A DNA stretch of 64,000 nt from Patescibacteria group bacterium (GCA_040902515.1 JBBDXB010000006.1:268280-332279); one strand, 5' to 3'. Counted from the stretch's first letter, positions 18,369 to 28,978 are shown. Notes: generated from the letters alone by a model not told the origin. Made by a program: numbers and translations.

Positions 18369-19354
18369 AGCAGGCCCATGGCCCGCTTGGCGTCGGCCAA
18401 CGTGGCATCGGCGATCGGGCGGGCCTTTTCCGCGCCCGCGGTCAGGACGGCATCGATCACGCCGGGATCCTTTTCCAGTTCCACGCGTCTTCGCTGGATC
18501 GGATCCAGCGCGGCAACGATCGTTTCCGCCAGCGCTTCCTTGAACTCCTTGTAACCCGTGCCACCGAACTCTTCCTCAAGCTCGGCGATGCTCTTTCCAG
18601 ACAGCGTTCCCATGATCGTCAGCAGGTTCGTGAGGGCAGGCTTGTCCGAACCGCTCACAATCTTGTCCCCCGAATCGGTCACCGCCCGGGAGATCTTCCG
18701 GCGGACGGCGTCGGCATCATCAGCCAGTTCGATCCGGCTGGCTTCGGAGGGGGCACTCTTCGACATCTTCTTGCTCGGATCATCGAGCGCCATCACCCGG
18801 GCGCCCTGTTCCGGAATCAGCGGTTCCGGCACCCGGAACGTCTCACCGAACCGGCCGTTGAACCGTTCCGCGAGGTCGCGGGTCAGTTCGATGTGCTGTT
18901 TCTGGTCCTCGCCGACCGGCACCGCTTCCGGACGATACAGCAGGATGTCGGCAGCCATCAGTACCGGGTAATCGAACAGGCCCGCGCCGATCGAGGCGTC
19001 GGCCTGGCCGCCGGCCTTGTCCTTGTACTGGGTCATCCGTTTCAGCTCACCCATCGTAGCGATCGTGTTCAGCAGCCACCCCAGTTCGGCGTGTGCCGCG
19101 ATCCCGGACTGACGGAACAGCACGGTCTTGTCGGGGTCGATGCCGCAGGCTAGGTACGTCGCGACCGTCTCCCGGATCTGCGCGCGGAGCTCCTCCGGCT
19201 CCTGCGGAACGGTGATCGAATGCAGATCCGCGATGAAGAAGAAACACTCGTAGTGCTCCTGTAGCTCGATGAACCGGCGAAAAGCGCCGACGTAGTTACC
19301 GAGGTGAAGGCTGCCGCTCGACTGGATTCCGGAAACGATGCGTTTTTTACTCAT
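18365..19354 (-). CDS. trpS: Tryptophanyl-tRNA synthetase
   Basis: HLGN, PVGEDQKQH, KMSKS. Confidence 0.98.
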   Translation of the reverse strand: MSKKRIVSGIQSSGSLHLGNYVGAFRRFIELQEHYECFFFIADLHSITVPQEPEELRAQIRETVATYLACGIDPDKTVLFRQSGIAAHAELGWLLNTIATMGELKRMTQYKDKAGGQADASIGAGLFDYPVLMAADILLYRPEAVPVGEDQKQHIELTRDLAERFNGRFGETFRVPEPLIPEQGARVMALDDPSKKMSKSAPSEASRIELADDADAVRRKISRAVTDSGDKIVSGSDKPALTNLLTIMGTLSGKSIAELEEEFGGTGYKEFKEALAETIVAALDPIQRRRVELEKDPGVIDAVLTAGAEKARPIADATLADAKRAMGLL

Positions 19355-19376
19355 GCGTCCAGTGTAAGCTGAGGTG

Positions 19377-20312
19377 GTGAGCGAACAAAAGCCGCCGATC
19401 GAGTGGTGCGTGGCCGGAACGCTGGCCTGGTTCGGGGTACTGGGCCGCGCCCTGACCGCCGCCGACTTGGAGCGGTTGCTCCTCAGGCGCTCGGCCGATC
19501 ACGCGGAGATCGAAAAGACCCTCGGTCGCCTGGGCACCAAGGTCAGTAAACGGCACGATGCCTACCGCGTCCGAGGGGCATCGATCCGGCAGTCGACCAC
19601 GAAATCCGACCGCGCCTATCGCTTCAAGTGGTGGCGCGTCCGGGTAGCGGCATCGCTCCTCCGCCACGTTCCGTTCATCCGGATGGTGGCCGTCGGCAAC
19701 ACCCTGGCGGACCGGACCGCCAGTCCCGAGAGCGACATCGACCTGTTCATCGTGACGGACCGGCGGCGGCTCTTCACCGCGCGGACGGTCACCACCGCCC
19801 TGCTCCAGGTCTTCGGTCTGCGGCGCCACGGCCGGAAGGTCCGCGACCGGATGTGTCTCTCGTTCTGGGTGACGGAGGAACACCTCGACCTGTCCGACAT
19901 CGCCTTCGCGCCGTATGACATTTACCTGGCTTACTGGATCGCGGAACTCCGGCCGGTACTGGATTCGTCCGGCGAGACGTATCCCGCCTTCCTGGCCGCG
20001 AACCGGTGGGTCCGGGAGTTCGTGCCTCGCTATGACACGGTCCGGTTCGAGGCGTCCGGACTGTCCCGGGTCGCCCGACGGCTCGAACGGCTGCTCGACA
20101 GCGGGGTCGGTGACCGGATCGAGCAGCGGCTGTCCCGCTGGCAGCTGAAGCGGATCGATACCGGCGAGCGGCAGGATGCGCCCGACGTGAAGATCGTCGC
20201 CGACCGGACGATGCTCAAGTTCCACGAGAAGGAGCGCCGGAAGGCCTACCGCGACGAGTGGGAACTGCTGATGCGTTCACTCGACTTCGACCCTAAGCGG
20301 ATCATTAAGTAA
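19377..20312 (+). CDS. Pol-beta-superfamily nucleotidyltransferase domain protein
   Basis: VGNTLA..SDIDLFIV (G-x..DxD) motif. Confidence 0.75.
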   Translation: MSEQKPPIEWCVAGTLAWFGVLGRALTAADLERLLLRRSADHAEIEKTLGRLGTKVSKRHDAYRVRGASIRQSTTKSDRAYRFKWWRVRVAASLLRHVPFIRMVAVGNTLADRTASPESDIDLFIVTDRRRLFTARTVTTALLQVFGLRRHGRKVRDRMCLSFWVTEEHLDLSDIAFAPYDIYLAYWIAELRPVLDSSGETYPAFLAANRWVREFVPRYDTVRFEASGLSRVARRLERLLDSGVGDRIEQRLSRWQLKRIDTGERQDAPDVKIVADRTMLKFHEKERRKAYRDEWELLMRSLDFDPKRIIK

Positions 20313-20334
20313 GCTTGCCTGATAAAATGGGTGC

Positions 20335-20955
20335 ATGGTGTTCTCTCGACTGGTCGGCATGGTGTTTCCGTCCCGCTGCGTCGGATGCGAGATTCCCGGC
20401 AGCTGGTGGTGTTCCGACTGTGACCGACGGATCGTCCCGGTCGGGATGGTGTCCGTTCCAGGACTGGACGGGTTGATCGCGGCCGGCATCCATCGGGAGC
20501 CCCTGACGCGCTGGGTGAAAGCGCTCAAGTACCGCCACGTGAAAGCGGTGATCCCGACCTTGGTGGAACGCCTTACGGTCCTGTTGGCAGACCTTCGGCG
20601 GCGGCATCGGGACCTCGTGCTCGTGCCCGTGCCGCTCCATCCCCGGCGGCTCCGCAGCCGCGGCCATAACCAATCGGCCCTGCTTGCCGGAGCGTTAGCC
20701 GCGGCCACCGGGCTGCCGGTATCCTCCGGCCTGATCCGCTGCCACCGCACGCGGACCCAGACCGGGCTCGGTCGCGCCGAGCGGAGACGGAACGTCGCGG
20801 GCGCGTTCGCATGGACGGGCCCTCTTCCGGCAAACCGGACGGTCGTCCTGGTCGACGATGTCTATACCACGGGCGCCACGCTGGCCGCCTGTGCCGAAGC
20901 CTGCCGCGAAGCAGGCGCCGCGCAGGTATACGGGCTCGTCGTCGGGAAGCGCTAA
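20335..20955 (+). CDS. comF: ComF family protein
   Basis: Zn finger CxxC..CxxC, VPVPLH..RGHNQ, LVDDVYTTGAT PRTase motif. Confidence 0.92.
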   Translation: MVFSRLVGMVFPSRCVGCEIPGSWWCSDCDRRIVPVGMVSVPGLDGLIAAGIHREPLTRWVKALKYRHVKAVIPTLVERLTVLLADLRRRHRDLVLVPVPLHPRRLRSRGHNQSALLAGALAAATGLPVSSGLIRCHRTRTQTGLGRAERRRNVAGAFAWTGPLPANRTVVLVDDVYTTGATLAACAEACREAGAAQVYGLVVGKR

Positions 20956-20969
20956 GCGGCCCGGTCCGA

Positions 20970-22712
20970 TTAGTTCAGGCTGCGCTCGCCCGGCAGTGGG
21001 AAGGCCTTCCGCGGCTTGTAGCTCGAGTAGAAGACACGGTCGATCGGCTGCGGACCGCCATCCACCACGTAGCGGAACGACGCGGTGCCACCGCCTTCTT
21101 CCGTCGCGTTGATGTGCACGATCTCCGTATTCGCCTCCCGTCCGTCCGCGGTGCCGAAGAACTGGTACGTGATGCTCTGTCCCGAAACGCTGGTCTGCAC
21201 CAGGATATGCCCCGGCGTGTTGTTGACGAACCGCATGTCGGGATACGGCGGATAGATCGTCGCATCCATCCCGATCGGCGCGTAGTAATGGACCGCATAG
21301 GAGTGGTTGGTGCGCGCGGTGATCGGCAGCCCCGTGTCCAGCGCGGCCCGGAACATGGTCGTCGAGACCTGGCAGAGACCGCCGCCGTACTGCGGCTCCG
21401 TCCGGTTCTCCAGGATCACCAGTTCCTCGACGTATCCCGTTTCCGGACCGACTTCGCCGAGGGTGCCGTTGAACGAGAATTCCTCGCCGGGTTTGATCAG
21501 CGTGCCGTCGAACTTATCCGCTCCCACGCCGATGTTATACGTCCGGTCGGCCGAGCTGCCTTCGAACGTCGTCGTCGCGCTGCCGATCAGCGTCTCCAGC
21601 CCGAGACGATCCAGGTTCCCCGGACTGATCTGGGCAGGCTCCTCCTTGATCGGCAGCCGGGCGACCTCGTCGGCACGCACCCTGGCCGCGATCACCTCGA
21701 CGGCCTTCGCGCGATCCACGACCACGCCGCCCCGCGGTTCTCCGGAGAACGTGACCTGGCCGCCCTCGAACGCCAGCCGGCCGTTCACCGGTGGACGATC
21801 CACCTGGTCGGCGAGGGTCCGGACGTACGTACCGACCGCGTCGCGGTCGTACGTGGCGGCCACCCGCTTGGCCGGCGCCTGGCCGCCCAGCTCCTCCGGG
21901 CTGATGGACACCAGTGACAGGAATGCCGGCACGACCGTGGCTCCGTCGATGAACGAGTTCTCCGCCCGCGCTTCCTCGGTCCGGAACCCGACCCAGCTCC
22001 GTACCGTATCGACATCCGGTCGGAACGTCCGGCCGCCGGCTTCGATCACCGCGGACCGCCCGGCCAGCATCCGGGCCTCTCCCAGCGTTCCGGACAGCTG
22101 GCTCCGCGTGATCTCCGGCTTCAGCACGGTTTCCTCGAGCACGATCTCCGTCTCGAAGTGCTCGACGGCGTGGTTGGCATCACGTATCGCCTGGTCCAGG
22201 TCCACGCCGAACCCGTCGGCTTCCGGCTCCGTCACGAAGTCGTCCCCGGCCCGTACCACCCGGGCATCCCGGGCGGGGGTCGTCACTCCGCTTACCCGGT
22301 CGAGCAGCTTCTGGCGGAGCGCCGGACGGTTCAACCGGTATCGCAGCGGCGACTCGTACTCCGCCATGCCCAGGACGAACGGGCTGAGCGCGTCGAGCGC
22401 GTCGTCACGGCCCGCCCGCATCGTGGCAGCGGCCGTCGCCTCCACGTCGACCGACAGGCCGACCTCCTTGGCGCCGAACGTATATTCCCGGTCCCGGTAA
22501 CGGAACGTGAGCTCCTTGATGTCCGCCGTCTGTCGGGTCACGAACTCCCGCACGTCGGCTTCCGACATGCCTCCCACGTTGTGCCCGCCGACGGTCACGC
22601 CGGGCAGCGCCCGGTCGGCGTATACGAACTGGCCCGCCGCGACGATCGCCACGACGAATGCCGCCAGGGCCAGCCCGGCACGCAGGAACGGCCTCCCCTT
22701 GCGCTCGTTCAT
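20970..22712 (-). CDS. VanW family protein with peptidoglycan-binding repeats
   Basis: FSFN..GGGLCQVSTT..HSY..GMDAT; N-terminal TM helix. Confidence 0.93.
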   Translation of the reverse strand: MNERKGRPFLRAGLALAAFVVAIVAAGQFVYADRALPGVTVGGHNVGGMSEADVREFVTRQTADIKELTFRYRDREYTFGAKEVGLSVDVEATAAATMRAGRDDALDALSPFVLGMAEYESPLRYRLNRPALRQKLLDRVSGVTTPARDARVVRAGDDFVTEPEADGFGVDLDQAIRDANHAVEHFETEIVLEETVLKPEITRSQLSGTLGEARMLAGRSAVIEAGGRTFRPDVDTVRSWVGFRTEEARAENSFIDGATVVPAFLSLVSISPEELGGQAPAKRVAATYDRDAVGTYVRTLADQVDRPPVNGRLAFEGGQVTFSGEPRGGVVVDRAKAVEVIAARVRADEVARLPIKEEPAQISPGNLDRLGLETLIGSATTTFEGSSADRTYNIGVGADKFDGTLIKPGEEFSFNGTLGEVGPETGYVEELVILENRTEPQYGGGLCQVSTTMFRAALDTGLPITARTNHSYAVHYYAPIGMDATIYPPYPDMRFVNNTPGHILVQTSVSGQSITYQFFGTADGREANTEIVHINATEEGGGTASFRYVVDGGPQPIDRVFYSSYKPRKAFPLPGERSLN

Positions 22713-22930
22713 CGGCCTCCGCCGAGCAGCTCCTTGAGCACCGCCCGGGCTTGTTCATGACGGTCGGTGGCAGCCTGTGATTCGGTCATCAGGCGGACGA
22801 TCATCGTGTCACCCTCCGATACCCGGGGCGCGGCCTCCCGCGGCCACTCGAACGTCTTCCCGTCCAACGACAGGACGATGTGGCGATCGGAGACCGATAC
22901 GACGGTGGCTTGGCGATCATGTGCGTTCAT
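22709..22930 (-). CDS. Small DUF3006-like protein
   Basis: WP...P..EGD..ARAVLKELL pattern; coupled to vanW. Confidence 0.55.
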   Translation of the reverse strand: MNAHDRQATVVSVSDRHIVLSLDGKTFEWPREAAPRVSEGDTMIVRLMTESQAATDRHEQARAVLKELLGGGR

Positions 22931-22996
22931 TGTAGTACGGGTGCCTGGTGAGGACATCTCAGTATACAAGCCTCCGTGGGCCATATGCACGTCCGA

Positions 22997-24139
22997 CTAC
23001 CGGAGCGCCGATTCGTAGACCGCCAGCGTCTCCCGGGCGGTCTTCTGCCAGGAGTACCGCTTGACCCTGGCAAGGCCGCGGCGGCGGAGCGTCCGGCGGA
23101 GCGCCGGATCGAACAGCGTCCGTTCGACGACACGCGCTACGTCGGCGGTATTCCGGGGGTTGAAGAACGCCGCGGCGTCGCCGAGGATCTCGGGCATCGG
23201 CGGCGCGTCGGACGCCGCGACCGGCGTGCCGCAGGCCATCGCTTCGAGCGGCGGCAGGCCGAAGCCCTCGGTGAGCGACGGGAACGCGAAGGCATCGGCG
23301 GCGGCATAGTACCGGGGCAGGTCCTCGTCATCCACGAACCCCGTGCAGGTCACCGCCTCGGACAATCCCAACGAACGGATGGTACGGGGGATGATCGGGA
23401 ACGCCGGGTCGCGCTTGCCGACCAGGATCAGCCGCACCGCCGGGTGCTTCCGCCGTAGCAACCGGAACGCCTTGAGCAGCCGGACGAGGTTCTTGTGCTC
23501 CCGCCACTGTCCCGTGTACATCACGAACGGGTCGGCGAGGCCGCGCTCCCGCCGGAACGCCGTGACCTCCGCCCGGGACAGCGGCTTGAACCGCGGCTCC
23601 ACGGCTTCGTAGACCACTTCGATCTTCCCGTCGAACGCCCGGAAATCCCGGGCGATGATCTTCCGCTGGTACTCCGAGATGGTGATGATCTTCCGGCTGT
23701 TGCGGATCCCGGCCCGGACGACCGCCCGCATCGGTCCGTGTTTCAGCTTGGAAAGCCGGCTGCGGCCCGCGTACCGGAGCAGGGTAAGGTCGTGGACCGT
23801 TACCACGAAGGGATCGTGGTAACGGATCGGCAGGTTGAAGTTGGTGAAGTGCATCAGGTCGAGGCGGGCCCGGGACAGCTCACCGGGAAGCAGCATCTGC
23901 TCACGGAATGAGTAGTGCGGCGTCCGGGTGACGACGGTCTCGAACCGCGGCCCGCGGTGCGGGAACGACCGGGCGTCCTCGGGGCGGAGGAACACCACGA
24001 ACGTGTGCGGCGTCCGAACCGCGGCCAGGTGGCTGATCAGCTCGCGGGTGTACCGGGCCAATCCCGCCGAGCCAAGTCCGTGGAACCGGGCGTCGATGCC
24101 GATCCGCTTGCCCGCGGTGGCGGCGCGGCGAGGACTCAC
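22997..24139 (-). CDS. GT4 glycosyltransferase
   Basis: HDL, KNL, FPS.TEGFGLPPLEAMACG. Confidence 0.93.
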   Translation of the reverse strand: MSPRRAATAGKRIGIDARFHGLGSAGLARYTRELISHLAAVRTPHTFVVFLRPEDARSFPHRGPRFETVVTRTPHYSFREQMLLPGELSRARLDLMHFTNFNLPIRYHDPFVVTVHDLTLLRYAGRSRLSKLKHGPMRAVVRAGIRNSRKIITISEYQRKIIARDFRAFDGKIEVVYEAVEPRFKPLSRAEVTAFRRERGLADPFVMYTGQWREHKNLVRLLKAFRLLRRKHPAVRLILVGKRDPAFPIIPRTIRSLGLSEAVTCTGFVDDEDLPRYYAAADAFAFPSLTEGFGLPPLEAMACGTPVAASDAPPMPEILGDAAAFFNPRNTADVARVVERTLFDPALRRTLRRRGLARVKRYSWQKTARETLAVYESALR

Positions 24140-25359
24140 GCCGCCCTCCGGCGCGGGAGCGCGGCCAGCACGAACACCAGCATGAATATGATCGCGAGGT
24201 CGTTCTTGAGCACGGGCGTGTCCACCAGCCCGTGGGCGAGGATCGCGGCAGCCATAGCGGCCGCGGACACGGCCCAGCGGTCACGGCGGCGCCAGAGAAC
24301 GGCCGCCAACGTGGTGAGGAGGCCGGCCAAGCCGGCTACCGTCGCGAGCCCCCATTCCGTCCAGGTGACCAGGAAGAGGTTGTGGGCATCCGGCGCGCGC
24401 GGCACGATGAACCGGCGGAGGTCCTCGTCGTCACCGACCCGGGCCCGAACCTCGTCCTGGAAATACTCGGGTCCGGCACCGAGCAGCGGCCGCTCAGCGA
24501 TGACCGCGGCAGCGGTCTTCCACAGCACGGGCCGCGTCGAGAACCGGTCGTCGCGGTCGGCGTTCAGAAGGATTCCGGTGACAAGGAGCGCCCCGATGAC
24601 CATGGCGGCGGTAATCCGCTTCCGCCAAGCCGGGCCGCTGCGCAGGAGGGCCAGCACCAAGCCGCCGGCCGCCAAGGCCAGCAGGCCGCCGCGGGATTGG
24701 CTCCCGGCCAGCAGCGCCAGGCCGAGCACGGCAGGGCCGAACCGGGCCAGCCGGGAAAGGCGGCCCGGCCACCCCAGGACCAGCAGGGTCAGCGGTACCG
24801 TCAGGTGGGCCATGAAATTCGGTGACTGGAACGGCCCGGCCAAGCGGCCGTCGTACGAGAGCGCCGACCCGCCGGCCGCCAGCACGGCTGTCCACGCAGC
24901 GGCCACGCCGATCGCACCGATCGCACCGTAGAGGAGCGGGCGAACCGGCTCGACCTTGAATACGGAGCGGGCAGCCACGAAGAAGACCGCCGGCTCCAGG
25001 AAGAACGCGCGCCAGAGGCCGAGGGCCTGTTTCGGGTCCGGTGCGAGGACCGCGGCCAGAAGCGAGCCCAGCACCCACAACGCCAGCCAGGGGTCGAACG
25101 GCGAGCGGACGGGGCGGTACCGCGGCCACCGGCTCAGCACGCCCAGCACCACCGCTCCCAAGATCAGCTCAAGCAGCGTGGTCGGCACGCCGAGCGAACC
25201 GCGCACCTGGTAGAGCGGCAGGGCGGCCACCACCAGGGCGATCCCCCAGTCCGCACGGCGGCGGGCGAGCAGGAACGCACCGACCGCGGCGGCGGCGATC
25301 GCCAGCCACCCTATCCCCGAAATCATGATCGTTTCCTCCGTGCCGATGAACCCGTTCAT
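24136..25359 (-). CDS. O-antigen ligase (Wzy_C) family protein
   Basis: R..GPFQSPN, SRGG, PLLG.G, AHN motifs; many TM helices. Confidence 0.88.
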   Translation of the reverse strand: MNGFIGTEETIMISGIGWLAIAAAAVGAFLLARRRADWGIALVVAALPLYQVRGSLGVPTTLLELILGAVVLGVLSRWPRYRPVRSPFDPWLALWVLGSLLAAVLAPDPKQALGLWRAFFLEPAVFFVAARSVFKVEPVRPLLYGAIGAIGVAAAWTAVLAAGGSALSYDGRLAGPFQSPNFMAHLTVPLTLLVLGWPGRLSRLARFGPAVLGLALLAGSQSRGGLLALAAGGLVLALLRSGPAWRKRITAAMVIGALLVTGILLNADRDDRFSTRPVLWKTAAAVIAERPLLGAGPEYFQDEVRARVGDDEDLRRFIVPRAPDAHNLFLVTWTEWGLATVAGLAGLLTTLAAVLWRRRDRWAVSAAAMAAAILAHGLVDTPVLKNDLAIIFMLVFVLAALPRRRAA

Positions 25360-26678
25360 CGCCGGCTCCGTCCGGCCGGCAGCGTCACCGCCACCAGCAA
25401 CAGCCAGGGCACCAGCAGGAGCGTGTAGAGCAGTACGTTATTGAAGAAGGAAGCGGCGATAAACGCGAGGGTAAACCACAGCAGTGCGGTCGCGATCCAG
25501 GCGTCCTCGCCTCTGCCGCCCGCCACCCCGAACAGTCCACGGAGGACCTGCACCAGGAATGCCAGCATGAGCCCTAGGCCGACCAACCCGGTCGTCGCCC
25601 AGATGTTCAACAGCGAGATGTCCGAGCCGTGGCTGGAATTGCGCCGTACGATTGTCCTGCCCTGTTCGTCCTGTTCCTCCACCGGGGCGAAGCCATACGC
25701 GTTATACCCCACGCCGATCACCGGATTCTGCAGAGCCAATTCGAAGCCTTCCTGGACGCTGCTGATCCGCGTAGAGCCGGTGGGATCACATTCCCGGTCC
25801 CTCCTTTCATCGCACTCGAAGCCCTCGTCGGAATACCGGGACGTATCGGCCAGCGAAGGTACGGTCTCGAACCGGTCGGACAGCCTGGTGGGAACGAACA
25901 GCGCGGCAACGAATACCGCCGCGATGAGAAAGGCGGCCAAACGGCTACGTTTCCAGGCTATCGCGGGAATCGCGATCAGTCCCGCGACCCAGGCACTGCG
26001 GGAATACGTCAGGTACAGCGCGAGCCAGCCGGCGGCGAACAGCACCAGGTACAGCCTCGCCCTACTCCGGTCCGGCTTGAAGCAGTACTTTGCCAACACG
26101 AAGCCCATTGCCAGGATCGCGAACATACCGAAGAGGTTCGGGTCATAGAAGGTGGAGAGGAGTCTTCCGATGTGGGGATCCCATCCCTCCGATCTCATGA
26201 AACCGAAGTGCGGGTACCGGAGGAGGATCAGGAACCCGAATCCGATCAGGGCAACGGCCGCTGCCGTGAACCATTCGTGCACGGGAACCCGGAATCGCCG
26301 GGCTTCGAATCCGAAACCCCACGCCAGGAAGAACGCGGCCGCCAGGCGCGCAAGGTATCCGGCCGCGATCAAAAGCTCCCGTGTCTCGTGTGCCGCTGCG
26401 TTCACGAGCAACACGAGAGTGGCCCAACCCAGGAACAACGCGCTCCACTTCCATGCCGGGTGACGCCATACGAACGCTCCGAACGCACGGAGCTGTTTCA
26501 AAGCGACCAGACGTATGGCAAATCCCGCCAGCACCAGCACTAGCGCGAGGTCTATCGGAGTGACCGCCAGCTGGGAGCCCGTTACCGGACGGAACTGCAG
26601 CGCCTCGCCGGTGATCAGGGAGCCGAAGATGATTACCGAGGCGATCACGGGCCAGTGTCGGGAAACGAACGTTCGCAT
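25356..26678 (-). CDS. O-antigen ligase (Wzy_C) family protein
   Basis: RLLSTFYDPN, TYSRSAW, NPVIGVGYN. Confidence 0.88.
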   Translation of the reverse strand: MRTFVSRHWPVIASVIIFGSLITGEALQFRPVTGSQLAVTPIDLALVLVLAGFAIRLVALKQLRAFGAFVWRHPAWKWSALFLGWATLVLLVNAAAHETRELLIAAGYLARLAAAFFLAWGFGFEARRFRVPVHEWFTAAAVALIGFGFLILLRYPHFGFMRSEGWDPHIGRLLSTFYDPNLFGMFAILAMGFVLAKYCFKPDRSRARLYLVLFAAGWLALYLTYSRSAWVAGLIAIPAIAWKRSRLAAFLIAAVFVAALFVPTRLSDRFETVPSLADTSRYSDEGFECDERRDRECDPTGSTRISSVQEGFELALQNPVIGVGYNAYGFAPVEEQDEQGRTIVRRNSSHGSDISLLNIWATTGLVGLGLMLAFLVQVLRGLFGVAGGRGEDAWIATALLWFTLAFIAASFFNNVLLYTLLLVPWLLLVAVTLPAGRSRR

Positions 26679-26696
26679 GGTTCCCATGATACTGAA

Positions 26697-27788
26697 CTAA
26701 CGGCCCGCTGACCGACGGATCGCCTCGAGCGCCCGGTCCGCGGCAACGTCCCAGGAGAACTTCCGGGCACGGGTACGGCCGCGTTTGGCCAGACTGGCAC
26801 GGCGCGGTGCGTTTCCGAGGAGCGTCTTCAGGCCGCTCCGAATGGAACGGGCGCTGCGCGGCTTGCAGTACAGAGCGGCGTCGCCCGCCAACTCCCGCAG
26901 CGCCGGCGTGTCCGATAGCAGCGCCGGCAGGCCGGACTGCATCGCCTCGAGGGCCGGCAGGCCGAACCCTTCGTAGCGGCTCGGGTAGCAGAACGCGAGA
27001 GCGCCGGCATAGAGTGCCGGAAGCTCGTCATCGCCGACGTCGTCCAGCACCCGGGTCGAAGTCGCCGTGGCACACGCCCGTTCGACCGGGCCGTATCCCC
27101 AGCCCCATCGCCCCACGATGACCAGCTCCGTCTTTCCACGGACCTCCGCCGGCAGCCCTTCGAACGCCTCGATCAGCGCGGCGAAGTTCTTGCGCGGCTC
27201 GATCGTCCCCACGGCAAGAAGGTAGCGCGCCGGCAGGTTCCGTCGCGCCCGGACGGCAGCCTGAGCCTTGGCGGAAACCTTCCGTCCGAACGCCGGACCC
27301 GCGGCCAGCGGCGCGACGGTCACGGGCGGGAGTTTCCGGTACCGCGCCGCCAGGTCGGCCTTGGTCGTCTCGGAGTTCACGATGACCCCGGCGGCCTTGC
27401 GGAGCGCCCGCCGGAGCAGGGCCTGTTCCATCAGCCGTGCCTTCAGGCCCACGCCGCCGGCCTTCGAGAACGCGATCAGGTCATGGACGAACAGCACGAC
27501 GGGCTTCCGTACGAACCGGGACGTCAGGAAGCTGGTCGCGGCGAAGTAGACGTCGCAGGCGCGGTTCGCCGCCGCCGCCGTGCGCCGGTGCCAGAGGGGC
27601 CCTTTGCCGGAGACGATCCGCCAGCGGCAGTTCGCCGGCAGCTCCCAGTCGAAGCGGCGATCGGAGAACAGCAGCCAGGTGTCATCCGGCGAGCGGTCGG
27701 CCAGCCGCGGCACCAGTTCCGCGACCACCCGGCCTTTGCCGGCACGCCGCTCGGGTGCGGCTTCACGTACGTCGACTCCGATTACCAT
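26697..27788 (-). CDS. GT4 glycosyltransferase
   Basis: GTIEPRKN, YEGFGLPALEAM. Confidence 0.93.
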   Translation of the reverse strand: MVIGVDVREAAPERRAGKGRVVAELVPRLADRSPDDTWLLFSDRRFDWELPANCRWRIVSGKGPLWHRRTAAAANRACDVYFAATSFLTSRFVRKPVVLFVHDLIAFSKAGGVGLKARLMEQALLRRALRKAAGVIVNSETTKADLAARYRKLPPVTVAPLAAGPAFGRKVSAKAQAAVRARRNLPARYLLAVGTIEPRKNFAALIEAFEGLPAEVRGKTELVIVGRWGWGYGPVERACATATSTRVLDDVGDDELPALYAGALAFCYPSRYEGFGLPALEAMQSGLPALLSDTPALRELAGDAALYCKPRSARSIRSGLKTLLGNAPRRASLAKRGRTRARKFSWDVAADRALEAIRRSAGR

Positions 27789-27793
27789 ACGTC

Positions 27794-28978
27794 CTATTCT
27801 ACGGCACCGGCGGGCGGTTCCGGAGTATCCGTCGCGGGCTTCGGTACCCGGACGTTGCCGAGCCCGAGCGCCCGGTAGTACGTGCCGAGCGTCTTCTGCG
27901 CCGTCCGTTCCCAGCTGAACCCCTTCGCCTGTTCATGTCCCGCTTCGACCAAGCGCTCCTGGAGCTTCTCGTCGCCAAGCACCCGTTCGATCGCCAGGCG
28001 CATTCCCTTCTCGTCGTCGGGGTCGAAGTAGAGCGCCGCCGTGCCGCCCACCTCCGGCATCGAGGAGGTATTCGAGGAGAGTACCGGGGTGCCGGAAGCC
28101 ATCGCCTCCAGCAGCGGGATGCCGAACCCCTCGAGGTGGGACGGGAACACGAACGCCTTCGCACCGGCGTAGAGCGACGGAAGCTCCTCGTCGGGAACGT
28201 AGCCGGTAAGGATTACCCGGTCACCCAGGCCAAGCTTCCGGAGCAGCTCCTCGGTCTCGTCGAAGAGCCAACCGTGGCCTCCCACCACCACCAACTGCTC
28301 GCGGACCTTCTTGCGAAGCGCCGCGAACGCCAGCAACAACGTCTTCAGGTTCTTGCGCGGCTCAAGCGTCCCCACGGTAAGGATGTAATCCCGGTCGATG
28401 CCGTGCTTCTTGAGGATCCGGGAAAGGCGGTCTGGCTCCACGGGCTCGTGGAAAGCCGGGCTCGCTGCCAGTGACGTGACAGCGATCTTCGTTTGCGGGA
28501 CCGAGAACGTTTCCACCAATGCCTCGCGAGTCGCTTCGGAAATCGCGATGATATGTGCGGCCCGCGCCAGTGCCTCCGGCACGAACCGTTCCAGATACCG
28601 CAGGTTCTTCGGTTCGACGTATTCCGGGTGCTCGACGAACGCCAGGTCATGGACCGTCACCACGAACGGCTTTCGGGTCGGCGGAGCCACGTAGTTGGTG
28701 AAGTGCCAGAGGTCGCAGGGCGGCCCGGGCAAATCCACCGTCGGCCAGCCGACCGTCTTCCAGACGAGCTGCCAGGCCCGGCGCTGCTTGCCGGTGAACG
28801 GGAAATTGTGCGCGTTCATCCCCGTGCCGGTGAGCGGCGTGCCCCACAGGTGATAGCGGTTGCCCCGGTCGAGCTGCAGCATCGCCCGGACGAGCTCGCG
28901 GATGTAGACGGCGGTCCCGCCCGAAGCCGTCCGCGATTCCAGCCACCGGGTATCGATGCCGAAGGTATAGGCGCTCAC
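27794..28978 (-). CDS. GT4 glycosyltransferase
   Basis: GTLEPRKN, EGFGIPLLEAM. Confidence 0.93.
   Translation of the reverse strand: MSAYTFGIDTRWLESRTASGGTAVYIRELVRAMLQLDRGNRYHLWGTPLTGTGMNAHNFPFTGKQRRAWQLVWKTVGWPTVDLPGPPCDLWHFTNYVAPPTRKPFVVTVHDLAFVEHPEYVEPKNLRYLERFVPEALARAAHIIAISEATREALVETFSVPQTKIAVTSLAASPAFHEPVEPDRLSRILKKHGIDRDYILTVGTLEPRKNLKTLLLAFAALRKKVREQLVVVGGHGWLFDETEELLRKLGLGDRVILTGYVPDEELPSLYAGAKAFVFPSHLEGFGIPLLEAMASGTPVLSSNTSSMPEVGGTAALYFDPDDEKGMRLAIERVLGDEKLQERLVEAGHEQAKGFSWERTAQKTLGTYYRALGLGNVRVPKPATDTPEPPAGAVE

Noticed and set aside
20970-22712. Vancomycin resistance locus (VanW, with the distant M15 peptidase)
   Set aside because: No vanHAX or vanRS; stand-alone VanW proteins are widespread
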